This document shows, piece after piece, positions 11,501-24,290 of a DNA stretch of 64,000 nucleotides (position 1 is the first letter of the stretch; each line of letters begins with the position of its first letter). The stretch is from the NCBI GenBank assembly GCA_030704615.1, contig CM060731.1:18290001-18354000 (forward strand). The letters run 5' to 3'. Origin of the DNA: Takakia lepidozioides. Taxonomy: Eukaryota; Plantae; Bryophyta. A program made the position numbers and the translations under genes. The notes below the pieces were generated by a model. The model was not told the DNA's origin. It saw nothing but the letters and a program-made list of their open reading frames with translations, and did not search any database.

Positions 11501-14500
11501 AGGTTGGTAACTGTAAACCTGCTATGATTACTATTGTGTGGGGGAGAGTTCTGGTATAAACAATTGGTTTGGGCTTTCCAGATTTCCTCTAGAAAGCCCT
11601 TCACACAAGCATCTATCCACTGTGTGTAAGCTGCTCAGCAATTAGACCGCAACAGGGCCAGGACTTCAGGCGCAGCCTCGAGATTTTGAAAGTTGGTGCA
11701 CATAGGTGCAGGGTTAATGTTCTTGGTGGTCCTGAATAGGGTCGCTCTCTGATGAGAATATTCTGGACATTGTATCAGAAAATGGAGATGGTCACCAGCA
11801 CACTGGGGAATGACCATCTTTCCTCTCTGCATCTGTTTATTATTCAAAGGTAGACTCCCTGCGCTAATCTAAATTTCAGTCTAGTGCAGGGGGTAGGTAG
11901 GCCCTTCATCTCATTCTTACGGTCTTCACCCATGAGCATCCAACAAATGGCCCAATGGTTAGGGCACAAGGCCGCCTTACAAGTGGTCGTGAATTTTTAA
12001 AGCCACAGGTGTATGTTGGATGTCACCCATTATAGCCAACTCAGCTATAAAAGGGGGGTAACTGGGTCAACCAGTTACTTAATGTGTGGGTACCTTGGGA
12101 CTTTCGAGTCCTTGGGGGGAGTTTGTGCAAGTGCGTTACCCCTGTGACGGCAGTTAGACAAGATATGTGTTGGAAGGGAGCACAGGGATCTCTTCACTGC
12201 CCCTTGTCCCCATGATCATTGAAAGCCACCACCGTGTATTTACTAACATTGGCTTCTAGCCTCCACAGGTCAAAGTAGCTCTGAGCACAACCAATCAACT
12301 CCTGAAGATTGGATGGGGTATCCTCTAGGCCCATGAAGTCATCTGCAAACGTAAGAGCTGGTATGGTGGCATCACCACCTTCAACTCAAATTCCTGGCCT
12401 TCCACTTCTTCAAGTAGCTGATTAATGAAAACAGTGAAGAGCAGTGGGGAGAGGGTACAACCTTGAGCTACAGCTTGGTCAATGTAAAAGAAAGTAGAGT
12501 TCTGGCCCATTGACTACAGAACTTTTGGTGTTCGCATACAGCCTTCGTCCACATCTTTCCCCTGACCCCAGAAGACCACAGACGAAGCCACGACCCATAC
12601 AGCCATACCATGTAATGAGCCTTTTTACATGCAGGAAGAAGACAAAGGTAAATAGTCTGACTTGGGGTAAAGATATGGTCGACACAGCGCCTATTTCTCT
12701 GGATGCCCTCCTGACCTTCGTGGAAAAACTTCTGGACTCCAAATCAAACTCGAGTCAGGTGCTTGTTATCTTACAAAACAGCTTGCCAACTGCTAAGAAG
12801 TGTAATGCCATGGTAGTTCTCAGGCTTCTTTAGCTTGTAACCCCAGGCTTCAACCATGTCACACTTTCATTTATGTCATCGCTGTCATAGCTCATACTAG
12901 CCAAGGAAGAGAGGTAAGGGAGGTCCCTTTAGCCTCAGCCAGCAGTACGACCCCTTTCTGTCTATACACCAGAGTGTGGTATTGGTGGTCATCGAACTGT
13001 ATGCACCTATTTCCCAAGAGAGTGCCTATGTGTTAAGGAAATAGGTAGTTTAACATAGCAGTAAGGCTACACTATCCTAGGAATTGAAAGCCTCTATGAA
13101 GCCATACCACAGAGGGAAGACACAGTAGTGAGCACTCCTTCCCAATACTCCAGATGGAGGAGGTGGTGGTCTTCCAACTGTAAGCAGCCATCTCCAAAAT
13201 GGTGTTACAAGAGCCATATGAGAAGTATAAGAAGGTTTAGAGAGTGCTCCCTAAAGTGAGGATACACTGTACACTTGCACGCACCCATAGCATCACTTGC
13301 AATGTACTCAAGCTGTAGGTCCCATGTAGAAGTCCTTAGCTTGCAGATAGAATTCACAGGTTCAGAGTAGAGCTAGTCAATTCCAGTATGCTCTTCAAAC
13401 TGCCATCTTTCTTTTGTATGTATATGAAGCAGCAATCTATGCACTTCAAAGTGCTCATTGAGCCTTGCTCGTACCCACACTGCAGAGTAAGGGAGTGTTC
13501 CTTCAACTCTTGCCTGCTCGTCTCCCCAAATGAGAATAACGGTGGAGGAATCTAAAGGTGTACAGGGGCCGTGGTAGGTTAAGGACTAAGGCAGACCTCA
13601 ATGAGTGTCTCTTGTTACCTGTTCCCGTCTGGACAGATGTTTGAACACAATAATGGGATCAGAGTGGTGTTCCTAGACTAAGCCACATTCAAGAAAATGG
13701 GGGGGAGAGGGAGACAGTTCATAATGTTTTCTGATAGCTTAGAGAGACAAATAAGAACTTTCACAACCATTCCAAGACTCTAGCAGTGTGGTAGAGCACT
13801 GGTTCTGTGTGTTCTTATATTACATGTTGGGGGGCAGCACTTACAATGCGGACTTCGACGGTGACGAGATGAATGTACATTTTCCACAAGAGGAGCTTGG
13901 AAGGGCAGAGGCATACCAGATTGTAAATGCTGACCAGCAATATGTGGTCCCCACGAGTGGTGACCCAATTCGAGGGCTTATTCAGGTCCTCGATTCTGCA
14001 CTTTTCACTGTCTTTTATGTAGTAAGAGATCCTTCTCTCGTACTTCCCTATAAGTGTTCAAAGGCAGGTTTCACTGATAGCCTTTGCTAGGTTCTTCACA
14101 TTGCAGTTCCAGTGTTAACAATGACTTATATGAAAGACACCTGTAGAGGCCCTTACCAAGAGTCTGGTTTAAGTTGTTTTCAACTACCTTTACCCTGCAC
14201 TATGTGTATACTGCACCCCAGGTTGCTGTTCTTGACATCTTTTGGTCTTTCTGTCTCCCCTCTCTACTCAGGACCACATTTGTAGTGCAGCACTACTCAC
14301 TAAGCGCGATACGTTTCTTACAAAGGAGGAATATCACCAGCTGGTGTATTCGGCTTGTGTATCAACCAACCCTACAAATTTCAGAAAGAAGAAGAATGCA
14401 GTTGTTGGTGTGATAGACCGGGAGCCTGTCATTATCTCTGTCCCCCCTGCCATCATCAAGCCACGACCTCTGTGGACAGGAAAGCAAGTATGTCTCTATA

Positions 14501-17500
14501 CGCTCCAACTCAGCTGCTGTCTGCGCAAAGGCAACAAGAAATGTGTCAATTTCCTTGCACAGCACCCCCACACTGTTTGTCACCTCATGAGCCACCTTAC
14601 CTTGACATTCTATAATATAAGGAAAAGAGAAAAGACAGTAGTTATAATGTCCACAGGAGGCTCAGAGGGTTTCTGTGCAGACCTTCATTAACGTTATTAC
14701 TGTTTGGGCTAACAAAACCGAAGTGTGAAAGGACCCTAAGTCACCAAAGGCCGCTAGGTATTGGATGATAAGTCAAGATGAAAAAGTAATCCAAAATTGC
14801 TCCCACTTGCTGTCAGGGTTGAATCTAATGAGTTTACTACTTTTAATTAGTTTTCCGTTACTAAATCTCTCATAGGAATGCCTGTGCCTGGCTAAACTGT
14901 ATTAATTATGGTGGAACTGCATCCATTATGGCCAGCTCCTATACTAGAACATTTGCATCAATGCATGACAAATACATGAAGCTTAGGTGTCATTTGAAAT
15001 TCATGCATACCTTTAAGTAACTTGGAGGCAGTTGGATGTTAAATGGCCACTGAATGAGTGTGAACAAGACTTGTGGCAGGTTTTGACAACAGTTTTCAAC
15101 TACATCACATATGGACGACCCCCATATACACTCAAGGCACCTGGCAAAGTCTCTGGTGACTACTGGGGGAAGACTAGTGGTGAGCTCGAAGTGGTGCTTA
15201 AAGACAATGAGCTGCTCTGTGGGGTCATTGATAAGGCGCAGTTTGGAAAATATGGTTTGGTCCATACTTTCCAAGAGCTTTATGGGGCTGAGGGTGCAGG
15301 CCGTCTCCTTTCCATCTTCAGCCGGCTTTTTACCTCTTACCTGCAGGTGGGCAACACAGGGGTTCAATTCTATTTCTAGGTGACAGATCTCACTTTGTGT
15401 TGTGATCAGAGCAATTTTAGAGGTACAATCGGGATGTATGCTCTTCTCTTCCAGCCGTCCAGCCCTGATCTTTTATTTGGTCTCCAGCTTGTTTCCTCTT
15501 TGTGACACCCACCAATGACATGGTGTGGGGTGCATTCACCACGCAGGAGAATTTGCTCAGAGGATCATGGGCTCAAGAGATTTGTTCAGCAGAAACAATA
15601 ATTCGTTTTCTCATTTCTCCCGAAAATTCTTTGGTAATGCTCAACACCAGTGTGCTTTTTTTCCCCTTGGACAGATGCATGGATTCACTTGTGGGATGGC
15701 CGATCTACTGTTAGTTCCAAAAGCAGAGAAACAGCGGCGTCACAAGTTGAAGAAAACTGAGAAATTGGGTGACCAAATCAATAAACGTTTTGTGGGTTTT
15801 GACGAAAATGCAGGTACAGATGCAATAAGAGCTCTCCCCTCCAACACTTCTAACTATGTTTTGGTGTGTTTCTTTGCAAAGGGAAGTTGTTCTTTTGAAT
15901 GTAAGGAGGATCATTTGGATATGATGTCTGAGAATCCCATAAGCATCTCTTACACCCATGGTGATTGATGGAAGCAGAAGCAGATATGGAAGAGTTGAAG
16001 GATGAAGTGGAGAAGAGAATCCAAAGCAAGGGTGAGGTTGCTAGTGGTCGCCTGGATATGCTCATGACGAGTGCCCTCAATCGTATTACTTCGGACATCA
16101 ACAATACGCTGTTCCCTCGGGGCCTGTTGAAGCCATTCCCTGCGAACTGCCTCTCGCTCATGACTATCACTGGTGCAAAGGGTGGATTGGTATTGTGCTT
16201 GTCTTCGCAGCTTCCTCTCTATGTATCTGTCTCTCACTTAGATCTCCTGGTTTCAGTCTCTCTCCAACCTGGTAGTCGGTTCATCTCAAGTGTTTTGAGG
16301 ACCGTGGGCATTTAATACAGTAATTTCCCTTTTCCTGTTATGCCATTCTGCAAACAAATACACCTACGCCACCCCCACGGCTCTTTGACTCGGTTGTCAC
16401 CCCTACTGCCACTTATGGCTGTGAGTCCTGAGAAACTGCTGCAATCATCTTTCCTCCAATGAATGCTTGGAGCTAGAGGTACAACACCATCACAAATCTC
16501 TGTGTGGGATTTGCATGCGTGGCCATCGTTCTGCTTACAATCTTTCTTACAAGGTTACAAGCCCTTCCAGCCAAAGAACTGACAGCCCGCGCCCTCACAA
16601 CATCCATCAGGCTCAAAACTGCTGGTTTCAAGACCTCCTGGTAGGCTTGGGTGTCCAACATTTTGAGCACAATGGCTCTCGGTTGCTTCCCTACTGCCAC
16701 AAAATACCGAGGGGGTGGAAATTGCATCCAAGCAGGACAGCTATAGATGAGAACTTATGGAACTTCACGTTGGGTGGACATGGCAACCAGCCAATCTTAC
16801 AACAAAACTGCAATTCTTTCTGGAGACATTCGTGGTCCTCTGTGATGATAGAATCTTGCGGCCCAGTTACCTGTCTGCAGCTCTATCTCCCTCTCTTCCC
16901 ATAAGCTCTATGAGCTTTCCGCAGATGTTATAAAGCACCATTTCATTTCATTTCATTTCTTAGGGCATTGGGGAGGGTCAGGGTGGCCTCCCACAGTTTG
17001 CGGATAGAATGTACTCGTAAGACGTCGTTTGCCGTAGCCTTGCAGTCTGCGGATAGAGACTGGTAGGTGGCTACATAAGGACCACCTATGCCCTGCTTGC
17101 CCTGGGAACCACAGGGAAATCGAAAGTGAAGAACATTTTTCCTTTCACTGCCCTTTTCTCCTATGAGATCCCTGGGAGATTCAAGTGTCTATTTGCGATA
17201 TCCCATCTCTCATGAGCAAGAGTTGCTTTAGGGCTGCTTGTGCACTTTCTAGACACTGACTGGCAGCTTGGCAGTGGCTAGAGGAGCAGTACCGAACAGT
17301 GCTTGGCAGCTTACCTGCATGAGGTGTTGACTCTTAGACAATCCAATAGTTGCTTTGGGCCGCTTGCTTCCGTCTTTCTTGTTTCTTGCTTTCTCTTGTC
17401 CCATAAGCTCTTTGAGCTTTCTGGCAATGTCTTAAGTACCATTTCATTTCTTGCTTCTCTCTAGTGCATTGTCCACAAGGCCACGGCAAACAACGTGTTA

Positions 17501-20500
17501 TGAGTACACTCTCTAGTGCATTGTCCTGTGGTGTCCCCTGTTCCCTTTAGTCTCCCGCAGACACAAAGTTTTTGTGTTTCTTGTTTCTTTCTCGTCTCCT
17601 GTCCCATAGGTCCTATGTTCCCCCTCTGGACATAATAATGCTTCCTCCATTTCAATCTCTGGAGATCACTGCAGACCAAACAGATTTGTTGCCCTAAAGG
17701 GCAGAGATGGTTATAGCTCTTCCGCAGACAAAGTCAGCTTTAATTTAGGGCGTCCTTTGTGTGATGTACAGAAATCTATAAAGGAGTTTGGAGTATAAGT
17801 GGGAGGGGATGATCTACATCTTGTGACATGACCAAATGCAGGTGAACTTCACACAAATTTCATCGCTGCTGGGCCAGCAGGAGCTGGAAGGCAAGCGTGT
17901 GCCTCGAATGGTGTCAGGCAAGACTTTGCCTTGCTTTCCCCCATGGGATACTGGTGCTCGCGCCGGTGGTTTCATTAGTGATCGCTTCTTAACAGGGCTC
18001 AGGCCTCAAGAGTACTATTTCCATTGCATGGCAGGCCGCGAGGGGTAGGAAATTCTTCCTCTCTGTCACTTTCTTGTTTGTTCCTCATCTCTCCTATCAG
18101 AGTGATTCTATAATGAAGAGCTGTTTCGAAGGGAGGTGTACCACTGGAGTAAGCATTCAGTGGTGGTAGTAGCCCTCATTCTGCACTGTCCCCTCCCTGT
18201 CTTTTGTGCTCTATCTACAGCATTTATGCTGCAAATTTGGCTTGAAAATGCATTGGCCTAAATAGGTATGATATAAGGGAGCAATATCCTACACTAGACT
18301 AGTGCATCTTCATTGATAATCAGGTAAAAACATATTGAACAGATATGATCCATTGATGTGCATGGTTACTTGATTTATGTCTTGAATGATGCAGGCTGGT
18401 GGATACAGCTGTCAAGACGTCACGGAGTGGCTATTTGCAAAGGTGTCTCATAAAAAACCTGGAATGCCTGAAAGTGCACTACGATTACACTGTCCGTGAC
18501 TCAGATGGCTCCATTGTGCAGTTTCACTATGGAGAGGATGGCATCGATGTCTGCAAGAACAGCCACCTCACAAAATTTGAAGTGTTGGCAGCTGTGAGTC
18601 TCTCTCTATCCCTTCGGGGCTTATACTTACTATGCTTGATAGTCAGCCTTACTAGTGAAGGGCAGTCCTTATCCTTCCTCACCCCTCTTGCCTCCAATCT
18701 GCTCCATTCAAATTTGGCTGTGGTTCTGTGCCACAAGTCTGTGGGAGCACAGTCCATGTTATGAGTTGGGATCCCTTGCTGTAGACAATATCCCTTTAAA
18801 TATGGATTGCTCAATGTGACTTTATTTCAATAAGTGGGGCTTGATCTTTTTCTCCATGTGGGATGCTATGGCTGCAGAATCAAGAGCTGGTGTCGATCAG
18901 GCTTGGAAAGGATGAATTGGACCGACCACGTTCTAACCGACAGGGTGGGAAGTCAGTGCACAAGTCACTAGAGGCTGTGTCTGAGGCCTTCGCCAACAAA
19001 GTGGAAGATTTCATAACAGAGGTCTCAAAATCGAAGGCTGACAAAAACCGACTGCATCTTAGAAAGCACAAGAACAGAGATGACTTTAGACATCTCATGG
19101 GATTGAAGTATGCTGCAAGTCTCGCACAACCAGGCGAGCCTGTTGGGGTTTTAGCTGCCCAATCTGTTGGGGAACCATCAACCCAGATGACGTGAGCACC
19201 TCTCTCATATAGGTTATTGTTGTTCTCTTTTGTCCTATGGGCTCGTGGTGCCCTCAGTGGACCTTAATATCTTCCTTTCTTTTTTCTTTGTTCTCCTCCT
19301 CTCTTGGTGCCTCAGGTAGTCTAGTTTAGGGTGGTAGACACTAGTTTCTCAATGTCCCTTTCTGATTGAGATGTTATTTGCAGGCTCAACACTTTCCACT
19401 TTGCAGGACGGGGGGAGATGAATGTAACTCTGGGTATTCCACGTCTGCGTGAAATTCTGATGACTGCATCCAAGGAGATCTTAACACCTATTATGACGTG
19501 CCCTTTGAGGGCCGGGAAGACCAGGTGACCTTCGTCTCTAAGACATGGTTATTTGTTTTGGATAATTCTCAGAGGAGCACCATTGGCCACAGGGATGAGC
19601 ATGGTAGAGTTTGAGATGGGGCTCCTTCATTGCTCTTCTGTGTAGTTGTGTAAAAGTGAGATGGTATCTGGTGAGTGAGCCTGTTGTTTTGTTGTTATCA
19701 ACTCGCAGTTGCCGGTCAAGGAACCAGTAGTGTCAGTTGTCTAACACCTCAGAACATTAGGCAGCAAGGACAACCACCAATGGATTCTGCAGGTCAATTT
19801 TTCTTGACATGATGTTGGCACGAGTGTTCCATTCTGAACAGAGAGGATGCAGAGAGGTTGGCTACAAAATTGCGGAAACTGAGGTTAGCAGATTTATTAG
19901 AGAGGATCGAAGTTGGAGAGGTGCCATTCTCTGTTCAAGGTAGTCGACCTTCGAAAATCTACAAGGTCAGATTGAAACTTTACTCACCTGAACGGTATCC
20001 ACCACACTTGGATCTCCAGCTAGACGAATGCGAAAATGTGGTGCGCACTATGTTTATACCTAGATTGCTGAAGGAAATCAAGAAAGTGTTCGCAGCGAGC
20101 TCTGGCAAGAGCAAAGAAGATGCCATTCAAATCCTGCAGTCCTCACAGCTGGGCGAGGAGATGGCAATCAGGGCAGCTGACCCAGGTCTGATTACAAAAT
20201 TCAATGTACAGAGTCTAGATGATGGGTGTTACATTTGATGATGAATGTGCAACTGCAGCTCATTTGCAGCAGGTAGGTTAGTGCTGCACGACCATGTGCA
20301 AATGATGCATCCTCCTTCAGTCTGTTGCAGGAGAACTTTAAAGTTGTAGCCAGAGGTGCGTTAATTTGGTCTTGCATTTGTGTCCCTACTCAAGTCAGGA
20401 AATTTAAGGTGGTCATGTAATGAAAGCTGTCTTTTGGCCTGTCCTTAATTTAGCATACTAACATTCAAACACCAACTATGCTAATCAATTGGCCCTGTGG

Positions 20501-22578
20501 TTGCAGTAGGGGAAGATGACGGTGAAGCAAAAGGTCGCAAAGAGAGGAAGGATGTGGAAGCTGGGGAGCAACTTGATGATGATGATGACGAGGAAGGAGG
20601 GGATGAGGAAGGTGCAGATGCTGAAAAACGGAGAAGACAGGACAATGACGAGAGAGGCTATGATGATGATGTAGACGATGTCGAAAAAGCAATTGCAGCC
20701 AAAACCCAGGAGATGGAAGGCATCTATGATGTGGATGTGGATGAGGATAATGTCGAAGAAGTCCCAGTCACAAACCAGCCACCCGAACCTGCCAGGGCAG
20801 TTGGAAAAGGAGGGAAGACACCGAAGAGTGGGATGAAGCAAAAGGGTGGGGACGCAGACGTTGATTTTGCAGATGTTTTGAAAATCCAAGGGTCATTGTT
20901 CGAAATGGAGTTTACGATGAAACCACAGACCCCGCATATCATACTGGCAGAGGTACTACTCCCAACTTTCAGATATCAAGTACTTAATTTGTAGGAGGTA
21001 ACTTGCTCTGTTCAACTAGCTACTGTAAGTTGCTATAGATATAGATGGACTGAGAGTGGCATTATTTTGTCCTTCCTGGCTTCATCTGGACATCCTTCGG
21101 GCATTGAGTGTCATTGCAGAGTCACGAGGCATGTTGTTGGTGTCCTTGTCCCATATTCACTTGGAATCTTCGTGGAACATCAAATGAAACATAACCATAC
21201 AGATCGACGGTGATATGAAGGGAAGTTCGCAGTCCATGGGAGAGAGAAAGACAACTTTATATGTCCACAGGGGTCCCCATGGGCCCCATGAGACAAAGTA
21301 GGACATCAAGAAACCAATGTCAAAATACACCAAATTGGGGACCATGGAGATGGAGATACGGCAAGCTGTGTAACTGTTGTGGAGGAGGTTACTGCCACAA
21401 GGTCCAAGGTTAAGATCTAGGAGGGTGAGCAGTACGAGCTGAAAGGCTCCCATTCTGTATCATCAGTAGATCCAAGTCCATGGCCTCTTCTGGGTCCACC
21501 TGGAGGTTTGGCAAGCACCACTCGTGGTGTTACATACATGCACCCTCCTATGGGAGGTGGAACACTTCCTAAGATGAAGAGAGACTGAGATCGAACCACA
21601 TCAAAATACTCTAAATGTTCTTTGGAAAGACTGACTGAAACGGAGAGGGTGTGTGGAAGCTGAAGCAGGTTGATTAAGAGCCTGCTTCTCTCAGTGCAGG
21701 ATTGACCTTATGATAGGGCGCTCTTGTGAAACTGTGACATGGACAGAAATGTAAAGACATGCAGAATCTGTAAATATTGGTGTCTTTGGCACATGCAGAT
21801 TGTAGAGAAGGTGGCCAAGCAGGTGACCGTTCGAGTAGTTGCAGGCCTTGAGCGGTGCTCTGTCATTGACTACAAGGGTGATGCATCCACACCTGCACTG
21901 CAGACTGAGGGCATCAACTTTGAAGGGATCTGGATGTTGTCTGATGAACTTGACCTGAACAGACTGACCACAAACAATATTGCCGCTATGCTTCAGGTTA
22001 GTGTTTCATTGAACAGGTTCCCAACCATAATATCTTTGCTTGCTATTACATTTGATTCAGTCTTGATCCAACATTTGTCAACAATAAGGAGTTGGGGCAA
22101 GTAAGGTGAATCTCGTGTTTTATATGTTTGCAAAATGGATAGAAGTGAATTTTTCTATAGCTAGGTAGCTGTGCTGGAGCAATTGTGGTATGACGGTGTA
22201 CTTGATTGGATTTTTCTCCCCGAACATCTATTCCAGGTGTATGGCGTGGAAGCTGCCCGTGCAACGATTCTGTCAGAAGTCCAAGCAGTGTTTGGAGCCT
22301 ATGGGATCTCTGTGAACCCTCGACACCTGAGTCTCATATCTGATTTCATGACATTTCAAGGTGGCTACAGGGCATGCAATAGGACAGGCATCAATGCCAG
22401 CCCCTCACCACTTTTGAAGATGAGTTTTGAGACAGCCACCACATTTCTTATGGACGCCACGCTGCAGAGAGAAACAGATGATTTGGAGTCGCCATCTGCT
22501 CGCATAGTTATGGGGCGTATCGTAGAGATGGGAACAGGGTCTTTTGATTTACTACAGAATATTGAATCAATAGGTTAA
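5489..22578 (+). CDS. NRPA1: DNA-directed RNA polymerase I largest subunit (RPA1/RPA190), 23 exons
   Basis: Exons: 5489-5515, 5782-5951, 6529-6688, 7030-7356, 7812-8129, 9060-9245, 10168-10351, 10646-10842, 10970-11260, 11414-11502, 13838-13985, 14272-14487, 15080-15346, 15675-15813, 15978-16189, 17842-18044, 18395-18593, 18878-19191, 19384-19524, 19842-20185, 20507-20952, 21799-21996, 22237-22578. Motifs: [10 protein letters not shown], Cxx[25 protein letters not shown], catalytic [54 protein letters not shown]. There is no CTD heptad, and the motifs are Pol I-type. Confidence 0.96.
5532..5581 (+). repeat. (CT)n microsatellite in NRPA1 intron 1
   Basis: About 25 perfect CT units. Confidence 0.95.
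6340..6414 (+). repeat. 24-bp tandem minisatellite (~3 copies)
   Basis: The unit cttgcttctcatgtgctctgtgtc is repeated in NRPA1 intron 2. Confidence 0.8.
6718..6796 (+). mobile_element. 5'-truncated LINE 3' end (GAGTACA family)
   Basis: Shares ccaaattgggcgcggggtctatggccacaaggctac..gcaaac..ttatgagtgca with the other copies. It is flanked by the TSD (c/t)tcttttggt at 6708-6717 and 6797-6806. Confidence 0.75.
9319..9918 (+). mobile_element. Two tandem 5'-truncated LINE copies (9319-9446 and 9460-9918)
   Basis: Both end in GAGTA(C/T)A and are bounded by three copies of tctc(t/g)ctctg(a/g)tg. The longer copy encodes a decayed LINE ORF2 C-terminal Cys/His region ([16 protein letters not shown]). 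Confidence 0.8.
11570..12520 (-). mobile_element. Antisense decayed LINE (RT and C-terminal fragments) in NRPA1 intron 10
   Basis: 12325-12510 reads [22 protein letters not shown], a non-LTR RT QG..LSP motif. 11570-11897 is the reverse complement of 9460-9790 ([13 protein letters not shown]). Confidence 0.8.
11935..12210 (+). mobile_element. Possible tRNA-derived SINE nested in the LINE remnant
   Basis: A Pol III A-box TGGCCCAATGG lies at 11948-11958, but the B-box is only degenerate. The segment sits between two collinear LINE pieces. Confidence 0.3.
17010..17042 (-). mobile_element. 33-bp LINE 3' end (GAGTACA family), antisense
   Basis: The reverse complement reads caaggctacggcaaacgacgtcttacgagtaca. 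The TSD cagt(t/c)tgcggataga(a/g) lies at 16994-17009 and 17043-17058. Confidence 0.75.
17475..17508 (+). mobile_element. 34-bp LINE 3' end (GAGTACA family)
   Basis: acaaggccacggcaaacaacgtgttatgagtaca lies between perfect 18-bp direct repeats ctctctagtgcattgtcc at 17457-17474 and 17509-17526. Confidence 0.8.
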
Positions 22579-24029
22579 GCTGTTCTGTAACTAATGTATA
22601 ATTCAGGGAATCAGAGAATGTGCGGATTCAGAGAGTGGTAGCAGTCCAAAGTGTCCATTTCTAAGCTTGATTGGTTGAATGCAACAACTCTCTGATCAGC
22701 AGATTTTTAGTGAAAACCCTTGTCTTGCCAAGATTCCATGCACATGACCTTCCTGAATGGCATCACCCACAGAAGTTACCGATTGTGCATGAGGGAAGCA
22801 TGGAGCATTGTGGTGATAGCACTGCAATCAAAGTTGGAGCTTCGGGTAGTATGCCCAGTTACCTTTTATGAATTGCACTGGCACTGGAAACTGCAAGAAT
22901 CTATACACCATGGAAAACCAATTTTGAAGCCTACTGGATCAAAATGGGCTTGTGAGAGACTCACAACCCTTAGAAATCCTCCTAGCCTGCAGAAATGATG
23001 GAACGTCTCATTGAGAAAGGGGCCTCATCTATGGTCGCAACAGTTAAGGTAGAAGCAGATTGTCCAAACAATCTTGTCCCTCTGTGAAGCTTTGGTTGGT
23101 GATCTTTTTGATATGTTCAACTTTTGTAGAAAGTCTCAAGAGACGAAATACTCCAATGATGAGTGTGAGAGGACATGAACGATCACATGGAAGTCCAAGC
23201 CAGAATGTGAATGAATTCTCTTGGTGGAAGAGAAGAGAGACACTCCTTGTGATGCATATAATTGAAACGATCCAGTCGCTCATACTTCGAGTCGCATATT
23301 ATGTGGAATGGTAGATGCCAAGCGTCCACAGTTCCGGAGAAGACTACGCTTACCCACCCAGTTGAATGCAAGCATGGGAGCCTTCGCGGTACGGTCGCCG
23401 GGATGGTACCTCGGACGTTCGGCGGGGCCGTTGTCAAATCCCCATCACCCCTTTGCTCCCCTCTCGCCTGCGAGCCTGTATTGTACACTAAGGGATTGAA
23501 CGATTAATAAAATCAAATGGTTTGGCAAGAAGCGGTTGGTAGTGTGATGGCTAGGTGATATGCGTTACAGGTCATAGAGTGAATGGTTGCACATGCCAAT
23601 ATGTAGAGCAGTTTCATTCGGGCCCTGATTCTAGAGTGGTCCAGGAATTACTGTGGCCCAGGAATTAGAGTGGGGCGCTTATGTCGGAAGGCCACATGTC
23701 TTAAGGAATGAGACGAGGGGGTCCAAAAAAGAAGGGAGGAATTGGCTAAATTTAGAATAGGGAGTCATGTGTCCGGGGCCTTCTAGAAGGTCACAAGGTC
23801 GGTGGGCTTCTAAAAGGGTCCCACCGCCATGAGAGGGTATATAACGGAACCCCCTCTTACTACCTACTAACTTACTACCTACTAAATTAGTAAATAGTGG
23901 GCTCTGCAAAGGGCCCCCCAAAAAAAACAGCAAACAGCAAACATGAATCAATTATTTAATAGTGAATATGTTAAAGAAGGGAGGAATTAGTTAAATTTTT
24001 TATCTCCAAAATAATTCTAAGTCCGAGAT

Positions 24030-24290
24030 CCTGCTCCTTGTTCCCAGTCCAGCTCCCCTATCCTTGTCCCTTGTCCTCGCTCTCCTGTTCCTGTCCTCGC
24101 TCTATGGAACGCGGCTTGCTCTCCTATTCCCGGTCCCGTTCCCCTCCTCGCTCACCTGTCCTACTATGGGGAGGAGAGATCCGGGAGCGGGAAAAGGGGA
24201 GCAAAATTGGAGAATGTTTGGGAACATGGTCCTAAAAGTGGGGAGCATGAGGAGAGAACATGAGTGTGGAGCGCTCCCCACCTTCCTGAT
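24030..24290. repeat. Pyrimidine/purine fold-back, possibly MITE-like
   Basis: A C/T-rich arm (ctcctattcccggtcccgttcccctcc) is followed by a loosely complementary G/A-rich arm (ggaggagagatccgggagcgggaaaagggggag). Confidence 0.4.
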
